60,303 nt of DNA, taken from the IMG/VR virus record IMGVR_UViG_3300013121_000043; one strand, given 5' to 3'. The stretch is from an uncultured virus (IMG/VR IMGVR_UViG_3300013121_000043). Lineage: Duplodnaviria; Heunggongvirae; Uroviricota; Caudoviricetes. The stretch's first letter is position 1, and each line of letters begins with the position of its first letter. Below are positions 7,377 to 18,100 of this stretch, in pieces. The notes under the pieces were generated by a model, which saw nothing but the letters and a program-made list of their open reading frames with translations, had not been told where the DNA came from and ran no database searches. A program made the translations under genes and the position numbers.

Positions 7377-9299
7377 ATGCCCGAAGCGGTTCTCTACCAC
7401 GGCTCCGGTCAAAAAATCCGCGACCAGCTTCAGCCGCGTTCCAGCCGTGTTCTGAACGAGGAAAAGGCTGTTTTTGCCACACCTTCCCGGGATACTGCCG
7501 TGTCGTTCATCCCGCGATGGCGTGACCGTGATTTTGAACACGGGCGGATCAACGATCATCCATACATGCGTGAGCAGTACGCTGGTGCCTTTGAAAAGCT
7601 ACTGCGCAACCGTTCGGGCTATCTCTACCATCTTCCCGAGGAGTCATTCCGTTCCGATTCGCGGTTGATGTCGTCGGAACGGATTGCCGACAGCCCGGTG
7701 ACCATTCGACGGCGAGAGCGGATCAAGGACGTGCTACGCGAACTCCAGCAGGCGCGCCGGGCTCTGATAGCTGCTGATGGTCAGAGTTACGATGGGCGAC
7801 CGCTGCCCGCGGATGTACTGCAGTATCTGAAAGAACAGCAAAAACAGGCCAGTCTCAAGGACGATGTGCAGTTACAGCCCCACCAGCAGCGCATCGCCGA
7901 CGAGGCGCGCAAGGAACCGTTGCGCAAGTTACTGCTATGGGGACTGGGCTCGGGCAAGACCCTGGGCAGTCTGGCGGCGGCCGAATCGCACGGCCAGCCC
8001 TATACGGCCGTGGTGCCCGCCGCGTTACGTGGCAACTATCAGCAGGAGCTGTCGCGCTTTACGGACGGAAGGACTCCCGCCGAGGTACTCAGTTACAGTC
8101 AGCTGGCCCTGGGTCGGCAGCCACGCTACCCGGACTCCCTGGTCTTTGACGAAGCCCACCGTCTCCGTAACCCCGAGGGCCGTGCTGCCCAGGCGGCCAG
8201 CGCGCTGGCCCAGAAGGCCAGACAGGTGGTGCTACTCTCGGGCACGCCCCTGACCAACCGCCCGGGTGACCTGGCCGGGTTGATTGGCTTGCTCCAGAAA
8301 AAGTCGATAACCCCCCAGCAGTTTGAAGAACGCTACCTGGCCAAGAAGAAGGTGTATCCCTCGCTGTGGCAGAGCTGGGTTCACGGCATGACACCTGGCG
8401 AGGTGGAGGTACCGGCCAACCTGGACGAGCTACGCGCCATGCTGAAGGGCAAGGTGGATTACTACCAGCCCGAGCAGTCGGTGGTGCCTGTATCCCGGGA
8501 AGATGTTCCTGTCACCATGTCCGACGCCCAGTCGCTTCTCTACAAGAGTATGTGGCAGAAGCTACCCTACATCACGCGCTGGAAGCTCCAGCGTGACTTC
8601 CCCCTGTCCAGCGATGAGCTTCTGAAGCTCCAGGCGTTTCTCTCCGGACCCCGACAGGTATCACTGTCCACCTATCCTTACCTGGCCAAGAAGGATCCAT
8701 ACAAGGCCTACGAGCAGTCTCCCAAGCTACAGAAGGCACTGGAGCTTCTACAGAAAAAACTGCACGGAGACGAGCGTGCCAAGGCGCTGGTGTTCAGTAA
8801 CTTCATCGACGCGGGGTTACGACCCTACGCCTCCGCTCTTGAGCGTGCGGGTATTCCCCACGGACTCTTCCATGGTGGACTCAACGACAAGGAGCGTAAG
8901 CGACTGGTGGACGATTACAATAACGGTAAGCTGCGTGTAGCACTGATCGGTCCCTCTGGTATGGAGGGACTGTCGTTCAAGGGGACACAGTTGCTCCAGC
9001 AGCTGGATCCTCACTTCCATCCTGTCCGTCCGCGTCAGGCCGAGGGTCGGGCGCTACGTTACGATTCCCACGACAGCCTTCCCGAGGAGCTGCGCCACGT
9101 TCACGTCCAGCGGTTCATCTCCCGGTTACCACCCGGGCTGACTGAACGACTGAAATCACTCCTGCTGTGGCGTGACCCTCAGGATGCAGAGGCCAGCGAC
9201 GACCAGCTGCTCCGTCTCTCCCAGCAAAAAGAACAGGTCAACCAGCCGTTTCTGGAGCTACTGCGCCAGGCCGGCCAACCCTCCAGGAAGATACCATGA
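7377..9299 (+). CDS. ADP-ribosyltransferase-like domain fused to SNF2-type SF2 helicase
   Basis: N-terminal LYHGS...VFAT...GYLY...SE pattern (Arr/ART-like). Helicase motifs LQPHQ, GLGSGKT, FDEAH, LSGTP, LVFSNF, EGLSF and QAEGRALR. Confidence 0.8.
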   Translation: MPEAVLYHGSGQKIRDQLQPRSSRVLNEEKAVFATPSRDTAVSFIPRWRDRDFEHGRINDHPYMREQYAGAFEKLLRNRSGYLYHLPEESFRSDSRLMSSERIADSPVTIRRRERIKDVLRELQQARRALIAADGQSYDGRPLPADVLQYLKEQQKQASLKDDVQLQPHQQRIADEARKEPLRKLLLWGLGSGKTLGSLAAAESHGQPYTAVVPAALRGNYQQELSRFTDGRTPAEVLSYSQLALGRQPRYPDSLVFDEAHRLRNPEGRAAQAASALAQKARQVVLLSGTPLTNRPGDLAGLIGLLQKKSITPQQFEERYLAKKKVYPSLWQSWVHGMTPGEVEVPANLDELRAMLKGKVDYYQPEQSVVPVSREDVPVTMSDAQSLLYKSMWQKLPYITRWKLQRDFPLSSDELLKLQAFLSGPRQVSLSTYPYLAKKDPYKAYEQSPKLQKALELLQKKLHGDERAKALVFSNFIDAGLRPYASALERAGIPHGLFHGGLNDKERKRLVDDYNNGKLRVALIGPSGMEGLSFKGTQLLQQLDPHFHPVRPRQAEGRALRYDSHDSLPEELRHVHVQRFISRLPPGLTERLKSLLLWRDPQDAEASDDQLLRLSQQKEQVNQPFLELLRQAGQPSRKIP

Positions 9300-9733
9300 T
9301 GCTATCCTCAGTACTGCTTGAAGCGCTCGTGCTGTTTTTGCTGGGCTGTATCCATCTGTATGGCTGCTCCCGCGCGATCACACGCTGCCTGGGTGGTAGC
9401 TATCTGTCAGGGTTACTGGCCTGCCTGTTCTTTGCCTTTGCAGCGGAAGATCTGCTAGATCATCCCATGGTTACCGTCATTCGGTGCACCCTCCTGACCA
9501 CCAACCTGATTGCCACACCATTTCTTTTACAGAACATGCTATCGCGACGTTCCACGGCGGAACTACAGCGGGAGATCGTGGATTTGAAAAAACAGCTGTA
9601 TCTGCAGGGTCACGTGTGCTCTGCAGGCGACAAGGAACGGAATGTTCCCCCGCCTGTTTTACAGGATCAGCTTCAGCAGCTACGTCAGCTGGGAGACAAG
9701 TTACATGATGACAATTCTAGCCCTGCTAGCTGA
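9296..9733 (+). CDS. Membrane protein (about 3 TM) with coiled-coil tail
   Basis: Hydrophobic N-terminal 80 aa; ATGA overlap with the upstream gene. Confidence 0.6.
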   Translation: MMLSSVLLEALVLFLLGCIHLYGCSRAITRCLGGSYLSGLLACLFFAFAAEDLLDHPMVTVIRCTLLTTNLIATPFLLQNMLSRRSTAELQREIVDLKKQLYLQGHVCSAGDKERNVPPPVLQDQLQQLRQLGDKLHDDNSSPAS

Positions 9734-10079
9734 AACCGCACAGCCGGATCTGGTTGGCTGGCCTGCCGTCTTTCAACTGGGTGGCACGGTCACCGTGGCT
9801 GTCATCTTCATTTTTTACCTGACCAACCGCGACAAGGCTCAGACCGAGCACGAGCGGTCCCAGAAGCAGCAGCTGATGGATGTCTTTGATCACTGCCAGA
9901 AGCGTGTGGACGATCTCACGACCCACTACACCGAGAGCACCCGCTACGCCACGGGGCAGCTGCGCGAGTTGACTGAGGCCAACCTCCAGGTCACGCGGGA
10001 AACCGTGGTGGCGATCGGGCAGCTACGTGCCAGCGTCGAGGCCCTGCGCGAAGAGATTCGCGATCGTAAGGATGACTGA
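9705..10079 (+). CDS. Single-TM coiled-coil protein (holin-like architecture)
   Basis: TM segment VFQLGGTVTVAVIFIFYL followed by heptad repeats. Confidence 0.6.
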   Translation: MMTILALLAETAQPDLVGWPAVFQLGGTVTVAVIFIFYLTNRDKAQTEHERSQKQQLMDVFDHCQKRVDDLTTHYTESTRYATGQLRELTEANLQVTRETVVAIGQLRASVEALREEIRDRKDD

Positions 10080-10082
10080 ACC

Positions 10083-11450
10083 ATGCCCAGTACTATCGAC
10101 CTGGAAGCCGCCGCCCTGCAGAGACTGTCCCGCCAGGACATGCTGGCCGCGCTTCTGGAGGCCAAGCGGGAATCCGACCGTCGCAACTACGCGGCCAAGA
10201 CCGCCATCTTGCGCAAGCTGCTGCACAGTAACTCCGACGAGTTTCTCCTGGACTCCGAGAAGGATGGCATGGTTGGCCTGACACACCAGCCCCTCTCGTT
10301 CAAGATCCACATGCCCAGGACCGCGCTACCCGACGGCATCACGCTCAAGCAGGCCCAGGAACAGCCGGGTGTCAAAGAGCGAGAGCAGCTGTGGGAGCAG
10401 CTGGAAGATATCTACGCCCGGACGGCCCAGACCGTGTATGGGTTACGCAAGCTGGCCCAGAAGCTACCCGTTACCAGCGAACTGTGGCTGGATGCCGATG
10501 GTCCCAGGCTCTGGAGTCGACATGCAGACGATCTGCCCCTGCTGGAACAGGTAGCCCCCACCCTGACGGGAGGGGAGCAGCCGCCGGACCTGGGTCAGGC
10601 CAGCTGGCTGCGCGTCAAGAGCGCCTACTCCCCCCTGTTGCGCGGTATCACGGATTACGCGGCCCTGACCGAGGGTCCGGCCAATGCCTGGTACGGCGGC
10701 CCCCGACCGATCGCCAGCATGCTGGTGGGTGGTCTGACCGGAGCCGGACTGGGCTACCTGGGAGGACGGGTTGCCGAGGTTCTGGGGCATGGTCGCCTGC
10801 AGGGAGGACGCTTACGACGTACCCTGGCCTTGCTGGGTGGACTGGCCGGAGCCTCGCCCGGTGCCCTCTGGGGACTGTACAACGTCCACAAGCACGGTCC
10901 CAGGGGACTGTTCCTGAACACCCCGGGTCCCGTGGGTCCGGACGATCCTCCGGCAGAACCGCTGCGCAATGTTCCAGGAGCACTACCGCCGATCGGGGTG
11001 CAGGATCCACCCCCTCTGGAAAAGACCAACTGCTGCCTGCGTCAGCTGCTACCTGACTGCCCGGTGAATGAGCTGTTCGTCAAGGCAGCCTACGCCGGTG
11101 GTGGGTTCAACGATGGTCCCAGTCTACCCCCCATCGACGTGGATGCCTTCTCCCGGGTGATCTGGAGCCAGAACGATCCCTACTCCAGTCCCAACCTGCG
11201 TCTGGCCACCACGGGGTTACTGGACAGCTCGGCGCGCATGGCTCCTGGCAGTGATGCCCTGGTCGGTGTGGGAGATATCGCCCGCATGGCGGTGGGGATG
11301 GGCTCGGGCTACATGGCCGGCAGGCTGGTGGGACGCACCCTGGGAGCGCTGGCCGGTCTGGATGACGAGGCCCAGAAAACGTTACAGCAAGCCGGTACCT
11401 GGAGTGGAGTACTGAAGACGGTGATCCCCATGGCCTTCGGAGCACGCTGA
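10083..11450 (+). CDS. Glycine-zipper putative virion/internal protein
   Basis: 455 aa; several GxxxG helices; KQA, KLA, KSA and KAA motifs. Confidence 0.7.
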   Translation: MPSTIDLEAAALQRLSRQDMLAALLEAKRESDRRNYAAKTAILRKLLHSNSDEFLLDSEKDGMVGLTHQPLSFKIHMPRTALPDGITLKQAQEQPGVKEREQLWEQLEDIYARTAQTVYGLRKLAQKLPVTSELWLDADGPRLWSRHADDLPLLEQVAPTLTGGEQPPDLGQASWLRVKSAYSPLLRGITDYAALTEGPANAWYGGPRPIASMLVGGLTGAGLGYLGGRVAEVLGHGRLQGGRLRRTLALLGGLAGASPGALWGLYNVHKHGPRGLFLNTPGPVGPDDPPAEPLRNVPGALPPIGVQDPPPLEKTNCCLRQLLPDCPVNELFVKAAYAGGGFNDGPSLPPIDVDAFSRVIWSQNDPYSSPNLRLATTGLLDSSARMAPGSDALVGVGDIARMAVGMGSGYMAGRLVGRTLGALAGLDDEAQKTLQQAGTWSGVLKTVIPMAFGAR

Positions 11451-12073
11451 TGTCACCCTGGCAGAGATTACTAGCAAGCTATGAGAAGCGAGCTGAAAAA
11501 GTGCTCCCACCAGGAGTATGGTCGGAAGAGTTTTGGACGCATAACACGCCGAGCAGAACCCCGGTTATGGCGCTACCGTGGATTTTGCCCATTGTATCTA
11601 GAATTCGCGAACCTTCTATTACCCATGACACGATAGTAGAAAATAACCCTAACTCCATAACTGGAACCTCAGAGGGCAAAGGCTATACCTTCCAGATAGA
11701 TGGGAGGACCCATTCAGAAAAACCACGTCTGCTCCCGAACCCCCCCAAGTGGTCGGATGGTTATCCCCTGGCGTATGGCGACGGTATAAAGCCAGGGCAC
11801 ACGTTCGGCTCACTTGGTGCTGCCTCTGATTACAGCAAGCGGTTGCCAATCATAGCAAATTCTCACTGGACGGAAAACTATCGGCATTACCAGCGAGTCT
11901 ATGCCGAAGCCACCCAGCAGGGCGAGCAGGATGCGTATCACAAGATGAAAGAGATACTGAAACGAACCGGCATCGGTCTTGGTCTGGCTGGTCTGGGTCT
12001 GGGTGGTGGGTATCTTCTGTACGACTGGTACAGAAATAGAAAGAAGAAGCGACCACGAGATGACAGAGAGTAA
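11450..12073 (+). CDS. Hypothetical protein with C-terminal Gly-rich TM and basic tail
   Basis: N-terminal EKRA; C-terminal GLGLAGLGLGGGYLLY..YRN.KK shared with 48987..49313. Confidence 0.7.
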   Translation: MSPWQRLLASYEKRAEKVLPPGVWSEEFWTHNTPSRTPVMALPWILPIVSRIREPSITHDTIVENNPNSITGTSEGKGYTFQIDGRTHSEKPRLLPNPPKWSDGYPLAYGDGIKPGHTFGSLGAASDYSKRLPIIANSHWTENYRHYQRVYAEATQQGEQDAYHKMKEILKRTGIGLGLAGLGLGGGYLLYDWYRNRKKKRPRDDRE

Positions 12074-12076
12074 ACA

Positions 12077-12108
12077 GTAACAGCCGGAGAGCATCCTCCG
12101 GCTGTTAC
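12077..12108. terminator. Stem-loop (possible terminator)
   Basis: GTAACAGCCGGAG-N6-CTCCGGCTGTTAC immediately after the stop codon. Confidence 0.5.
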
Positions 12109-12232
12109 GAAACGACAACGTGGCAACATCGTCGTGGCTTGACACCTCCCATAGTGTAGGTGGCTCTGCTGGAGAAATCAAGACCGGGTGGCTTATCTTG
12201 ATAGATAGTCTTCCTTTCTCGCGGAGCCTACC

Positions 12233-13120
12233 ATGTCGTCCCGATCTGCTTCCCTGCTGACGTGGCTGCTGCAGTATGGACTACACACCAAGTCCGGAGC
12301 CTGGCGTAAGCAAGCCAGCCCGCCGACCGGGTTTCGGCCACCCTCTCCCCCGGGGAACCAGCTTCCCCAATCCGTGATTCAGAAGTTCCAGAAAGTCATG
12401 GCTCCTTCCGTGGCCATGCACCAGCACCAGCAGCAGGCCGCAACCGGCCAGGCTCTTGCCGTGCCACGCCCACCACAGCCCACTCCGACCAGTCCTGCCG
12501 CGATACCGCCGGCGAATGGTCGTCCTGTCCGGGGCATGCGACGTAAGTTCAAAAGAATGCGCAATCACCAGCAACAACTGGCACAGCAGCAGGGGCAGAC
12601 CCCTGCTCCCCTGGCTATCGCTCCACCCCCACCGGCACCGTATACACCACCTCCACCACCTCCTGCCGGCGTGGGGATCGGCGCGGCGTGGAACCATGCC
12701 CTGAGTATGCCAACACCACCACCGGCTCCGCCTACCCCACCGCGTCCGCCAGCTCCTGCCCCGTTCACACCCCCGTACCCCACAAGTCCATCCACACCCA
12801 GGCCGGCCCCCCAGACGGTCCAGCAGATTACCGAGCAACTGCGCAAGCGTCTGCAGCAAGGACACCAGGGACACTCTGGTTCGGGGTATATTCCATCCGG
12901 TGTTCCCGTGGCCCTACATCCCAACATTCAGGCTGCCCGGGATACTCACATGAAAAGACTGGAAGAGGTATTGAAACAGCAACAGGCCCGGCTGACGGGT
13001 CAGGCACCGCCGGCACCGGTAACGCCAAAACCGCCGGTTCCTTCTGCAGTGCCTGAGGTACCGCCGCCGGGAGGTGGTTATTTAGCCCCGACGCCATGGT
13101 ATCTTCCACCCTACTGGTAA
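12233..13120 (+). CDS. Pro/Gln-rich disordered protein
   Basis: 295 aa; short helical leader ending in RKQA, then poly-Pro tracts. Confidence 0.65.
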   Translation: MSSRSASLLTWLLQYGLHTKSGAWRKQASPPTGFRPPSPPGNQLPQSVIQKFQKVMAPSVAMHQHQQQAATGQALAVPRPPQPTPTSPAAIPPANGRPVRGMRRKFKRMRNHQQQLAQQQGQTPAPLAIAPPPPAPYTPPPPPPAGVGIGAAWNHALSMPTPPPAPPTPPRPPAPAPFTPPYPTSPSTPRPAPQTVQQITEQLRKRLQQGHQGHSGSGYIPSGVPVALHPNIQAARDTHMKRLEEVLKQQQARLTGQAPPAPVTPKPPVPSAVPEVPPPGGGYLAPTPWYLPPYW

Positions 13121-13181
13121 GCCACGATAGCATGTTGCGTTATTCTGGACGTAGAGACGTCGCCTGTCACGGATAGCCACC

Positions 13182-13562
13182 ATGCCAGAAATCCTTTCCA
13201 AGCCCGGTCGTCGCTACCGCTTTCGTAACCTGGAATTCTGGGCCGAGCGCGGGCAGATCCACATGTTTGATTTTCGGCATAACACGTACGAGCCAGATTA
13301 CACGGTGATCCCCGTACGCGAGATGCTGTTGCGCGCCGCCAGTATCAACCGCTCTCTGAATCGTTTCAAGTATGGTGACGAGCGCGAGGAGCACAACCGG
13401 TTCGTGGAGAACATCATCGCGGCCTGTCGGGAGGCGCAGCGACAGGGACGTCCGGATGATCCCAAGACGTTTGACCACATCCGGGCCATGCGCGACAAGC
13501 ATATCCTGCTACCAGGCCCCGGGATTCAGGCAGGTAACTTCCGTCAACAGGAGACGTCATGA
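13182..13562 (+). CDS. Hypothetical protein
   Basis: 126 aa; first gene of a tightly overlapping operon. Confidence 0.7.
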   Translation: MPEILSKPGRRYRFRNLEFWAERGQIHMFDFRHNTYEPDYTVIPVREMLLRAASINRSLNRFKYGDEREEHNRFVENIIAACREAQRQGRPDDPKTFDHIRAMRDKHILLPGPGIQAGNFRQQETS

Positions 13563-13906
13563 CCACGAACGAGGCGTTTCGGCTTGGCTTTTTCTATCGC
13601 TGTGCCGAGGCAGGGCTCTCCCCGGAGGAAGTCAGCCAGCTGGCCAGTCGCCTCCACGAAAAGCGTGCCGGGGACTGGACCGACACGGCAGGTATGCTGG
13701 GTGGGCTGGGTCTGGGCGTTACCCTGGCCGCACCACCCATCCTGGGTTACATGACCGGATCCGGGCTGGCCAACGCCAGTCATGAGGATGTGGATCCCGA
13801 GACACTGAAAAAGCAGGAACTGATTGCCGAGTACCGCCGCCTGGCCACGCGAGCGCGCTTCGCTGCCCTGAAGCGGCGGTTGCGGGAGGAACAGCATGGC
13901 CTCTAG
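13559..13906 (+). CDS. Small Gly-zipper putative virion protein
   Basis: Leader AFRLGFFYRCAEAGL...EKRA followed by a Gly-rich TM segment. Confidence 0.7.
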   Translation: MTTNEAFRLGFFYRCAEAGLSPEEVSQLASRLHEKRAGDWTDTAGMLGGLGLGVTLAAPPILGYMTGSGLANASHEDVDPETLKKQELIAEYRRLATRARFAALKRRLREEQHGL

Positions 13907-14279
13907 TCTGTACGACCACTTCCGGATCGATCCCGAGCACGAGGATCACGGCGGTGAGTTGATCTTTAACACCCGCCTGCTGGGCAGCATCCCGTTTCGT
14001 GGTTCCGGTCCACCTGCGCTACGTCAGGACGAGTACGACGAGCTGGAGACGCGCGGTACCGCCGAGGTACGCACCTTTGATCTGGGCCAGCCGGAAGATC
14101 TGCACGACTATAAGATCGTGCTCCACCGTATCGTAAACGGCTGGTACGTCAAGCTTTACGATCATCATCACTTTGATAGTGCCCGCCAGTGCATGATCGT
14201 GCATCTGGAGTGGTGTCAGCTCTACAAGGAAACACCCAGCCACCTGGCGCGGATGCAGCTTGAAGGAGGTCCGGTATGA
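13896..14279 (+). CDS. Hypothetical protein
   Basis: 127 aa, GGAGGA RBS, overlaps both neighbours. Confidence 0.7.
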   Translation: MASSLYDHFRIDPEHEDHGGELIFNTRLLGSIPFRGSGPPALRQDEYDELETRGTAEVRTFDLGQPEDLHDYKIVLHRIVNGWYVKLYDHHHFDSARQCMIVHLEWCQLYKETPSHLARMQLEGGPV

Positions 14280-15145
14280 GTCAGAACAGCAACAAGCCCG
14301 CTCCCGCCAAGGCTACGCCTCCGGCCAAGACGGCACCGCCGACACCTCCCAGCGTCTCCCAGCTGGCGGACCAGCAGCGCAACTACCTGATTTCGCGGCT
14401 GCTCCTGGCTGCCGGTGGCGCGGGTCTGCTGGGGATCGGTCTGGGTGCGGGCAACCAGCTCGTCCAGTACATGAAGCGTCGCGACATCAGCGAGGGTCCC
14501 ATCGACGAGACCCAGCAGGATGTGCAGTTTTACTACCCCCAGAAAAAGAAGCCCCAGCTCAAGCAGGCTAACTTTCTGGACCTGCTGGGACGCCGGGCCA
14601 CGGGCGTAGCCAACTACTTCCGGGGTATGGGCCAGGCTCTGCCCAACCTACGCAGCGTTACGGAAAACGCCCTAGAGACCACGCCTGGCAAGGAGATGTC
14701 GTTCACCCAGCTGCTCAAGGAGCATCCCTACGCCCTGCCGATCGGCCTGTCCATGGCAGGGCTGTCGGCCGTGGGTGGCTACAGCCTGGCCAACAGTGCT
14801 GGCAAGCAGCTCCGGGAGTTCGATTACGAGCGGCAGGTGGACGAGGCCCAGGATGAGTACGAGCGCGCCCTGCTGGGGCAGTATCCCCACGACAGCAACA
14901 CCAAGAAGGCCAACACGGGGCTGAGTCTGTCCGATCTCTGGAAGCTGGCTCCGCTCTACGCCATTCCAGCGTTCACCGCCGCGGGTTACTACGGCTACAC
15001 CAGCAACAAGAAGCGTCAGTCGGATACCCACGACCATATCCTGCGTCGTCGTGCCATGCTGCGTCTGCTGGAATCGCCGCCAGAGACACACTTCCTGCCC
15101 ATGGCCATGGACGACAAGGACGAAGACGGAAAGCGCCGTCGTTAA
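14276..15145 (+). CDS. Gly-zipper membrane-associated putative virion protein
   Basis: Three hydrophobic Gly-rich segments separated by KQA and KKA motifs. Confidence 0.7.
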   Translation: MSQNSNKPAPAKATPPAKTAPPTPPSVSQLADQQRNYLISRLLLAAGGAGLLGIGLGAGNQLVQYMKRRDISEGPIDETQQDVQFYYPQKKKPQLKQANFLDLLGRRATGVANYFRGMGQALPNLRSVTENALETTPGKEMSFTQLLKEHPYALPIGLSMAGLSAVGGYSLANSAGKQLREFDYERQVDEAQDEYERALLGQYPHDSNTKKANTGLSLSDLWKLAPLYAIPAFTAAGYYGYTSNKKRQSDTHDHILRRRAMLRLLESPPETHFLPMAMDDKDEDGKRRR

Positions 15146-15167
15146 CCTTCTTCCGGGAACCCGTCCC

Positions 15168-18100
15168 ATGAGTAGCTTTCTTGACGGGCTGACCCCGCCC
15201 GAACCCTCTCCGCTTCCCGAACTGGCCACGCCGCAACCCGCGGTAGTGCCCCCTGCCCCGGCGATCTCTCCCACGCCGGGTCCAGGGGTACTACCGCTGA
15301 GCCTGGCCAGCGACAGCGGCATCCCACCGCGGATGGACGATCCCGGGGCACGCAACGCCCTGGTCAACGCCCTGGCCCGGGCGCTCTCCCGCAATCCACG
15401 ACGCGGCTTCCGTCCCAGCCAGCCGCGGCCCCAGGGTGGCGGTGTTGAGAATGACGGTGCCCCGCCGGGCGTGACGCTACGCGATTTTGCCGACCCTCAT
15501 GCCGTGCGCTACGGCATCTACGACCGCGTCCTGGCCGCAGCGTTCAAGGTCCGTCCTGTGGAGAACTCGCGCTACCGACTGCAGCTGGGTGACATCTCCT
15601 GGGCCGAGCCGGCCGAGTTCAGCTACAAGCAGCAGAAAGAAGCGATCCTGGGTGGACGCTCCCTGCACCGTCGACTCAAGGGAACCTATCAGCTGGTGGA
15701 CAAGGCCACGGGCAAGACCGTGGACAGCCGCGATACCACCCTGGCCCACGTTCCCTACTACACTCACCGTGGTACCTTCATCCTCAACGGCACCGAGTAC
15801 ACCATGGGCCACCAGATGCGTCTGCGCTCGGGGGTGTACACGCGTGTCAAGGAATCGGGCGAGCTGGAGGTTCACTGGAACACCCTGCCCGGACGCGGAC
15901 TGTCCCATCGCTATCACCTGGAGCCGGAATCCGGTATCTTCAAGCTCAATATCGGCCAGGCCAACCTGCCACTGATGCCGCTGCTCAAGGCGATGGGCGT
16001 CTCGGACAAGGAGCTGCAGGCGGCCTGGGGCAAGGAGCTCTACCAGAAGAATCAGGAGCAGGATAACCCCAACCTGCTGGACAAGATCTACCAGCGTCTG
16101 GCCGGCAACCGGGGCAAGACGGGGCTGTCGCACGAGGATCGCCGCAAGTACGTGGTGGAACGGTTTCAGCAGATGGAGCTGGACCCGGAGGTGACCCAGC
16201 ACACCCTGGGGAAGCCGTTTACGCACATCACCAAGGACGCCATGCTGGCAGCGACCACCAAGCTGCTCAAGGTCTCTCGGGGCGAGGAGCGTAGCGATGA
16301 TCGCGACGATCTGACCTTCCAGCATTTTTATGGCCCCGAGGATCTCCTGGCCGAGCCGCTGGAGCGTAACGCCGTACCGCTGCAGAAGATGTTGTGGAAG
16401 GCCACCAACCATGGCAATCTGCGCTCCCTGGGCCCGGGACTGATGACCCCGGCGGTGCAGTCGGCTATCTTTGGGAGCGGACTGGCCGCGCCGGCGGAGG
16501 AGGTCAACGCCCTGGATATCTTTGATGCCCAGACCCGTGTCTCGCGCATGGGTCGTGGCTCCATTCAGGACATCGATGCCATTCCCGACAGCGCCCGACA
16601 GGTGCATCCCTCGCAGGTGGGTTTTATCGATCTGTCCCGTACCAGCGAGAGTCTGAAAATCGGCGTCGATCTGCGTCTGGCCCACCGGGCCCGGAAGGGC
16701 TCCGACGGCAAGATCTACACCCCACTTCTGGACCCCAAGACCGGGCGCGAGGTCTACCGCTCGCCCCAGGATATCGCCCGCAGCGTTCTGGCGTTTCCAG
16801 GAGAGCTGGATAGCAACCGGCCCATGGTGGTGGCCCTACAGCACGGACGCACGGTGTATGTTCCACGCAACAAGGTGGATTACGCCCTGCCCCACATGGA
16901 GAACGCCTTCTCGCCCATCACCAACCTGGTGGCGATGAAGTCGCAGGTCAACCCCCAGCGCGTCAGCATGGGCTCACGGTTTCTGATCCAGTCCCTGGCG
17001 TTGCGCGAGGCCGAGGCTCCGTTTGTCCAGCCGCGTGTGCCCGGAAGTGACAAATCGTTTTATGAGCATTACGGACGCCATGCCGGCAACGTCCACGCCC
17101 GCGAGGAGCAGGGTGGCCGCGTGGTCCGGGTCAGCCCGGAAGAGATTGTCGTTCGCTACGACGATGGCAAGGAAAAGACCCACGAGCTGTACAACCACCT
17201 GCCCTACAACCGCAAGTCGTTCATCCACAACACCCCGCTGGTGCGGCAGGGCGACCGGATCGAGCCAGGGCAGTTACTGGCCCACTCCAACTACACCGAC
17301 AAGACCGGCACCATCGCCATGGGCAAGAACCTGCGCGTGGCCTACCTGGCGTTCCCCGGTCCCGGCGGCGAGGCCAACTACGAGGACGCCTTCGTTCTCT
17401 CCGAATCGGCGGCACGCAAGCTGGAGTCAGAGCACGCCTACCAGCATGCCCAGGAGTGGGATGAGACCTACAAGCGCGGCAAGAAGAATTTCATCTCCAT
17501 CTTTCCCACCACCTTTGATCGCAAGAAGCTCGAGACCCTGGATGAGGACGGAGTGATCAAGCCCGGCACGGTGGTCAAGGAAGGGGATCCGCTGATCCTG
17601 GCGGTCAAGCAAAAGGAGCGAACCCACAAGCAGCTTCACGGCGGGCACAAGAGTGGCTGGTCGGATCACACCCAGCTGTGGGAGCATCACAGCGACGGTA
17701 TCGTCACCGACGTGTTCAAGTCCGACAAGGGGACCAACGTCGTCGTCAAGTCGTACATGCCCACCCAGGAGGCGGACAAGCTCTCGGGACGTCATGGAGA
17801 CAAGGGTGTGGTCCGTATCGTCAAGGACGACCAGATGCCCCACGACGAGAACGGTCAGCCGTTTGATATCATCGCCAACCCCCTGGGCGTGATCTCGCGA
17901 GGTAACCCCGGCCAGGTGGTGGAGGCGATTCTGGGCAAGATCACTGCCAAGACCGGGATTCCCTACAAGATCGATGACTTTGATGGGGCCAACGAGGACA
18001 TGATCGAGTGGGCGATGCGCGAGGCGGAAAAGCACGGTGTCTCCGATCTGGAGACCGTGATCGACCCCATGACCGGGCGCAAGATCCCCAACGTACTGAC

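Noticed and set aside
15051..15167. Upstream start of the RNAP ORF given by the track
   Set aside because: Overlaps the previous gene by about 95 nt with an implausible Cys/Trp-rich sequence; ATG 15168 is preferred.
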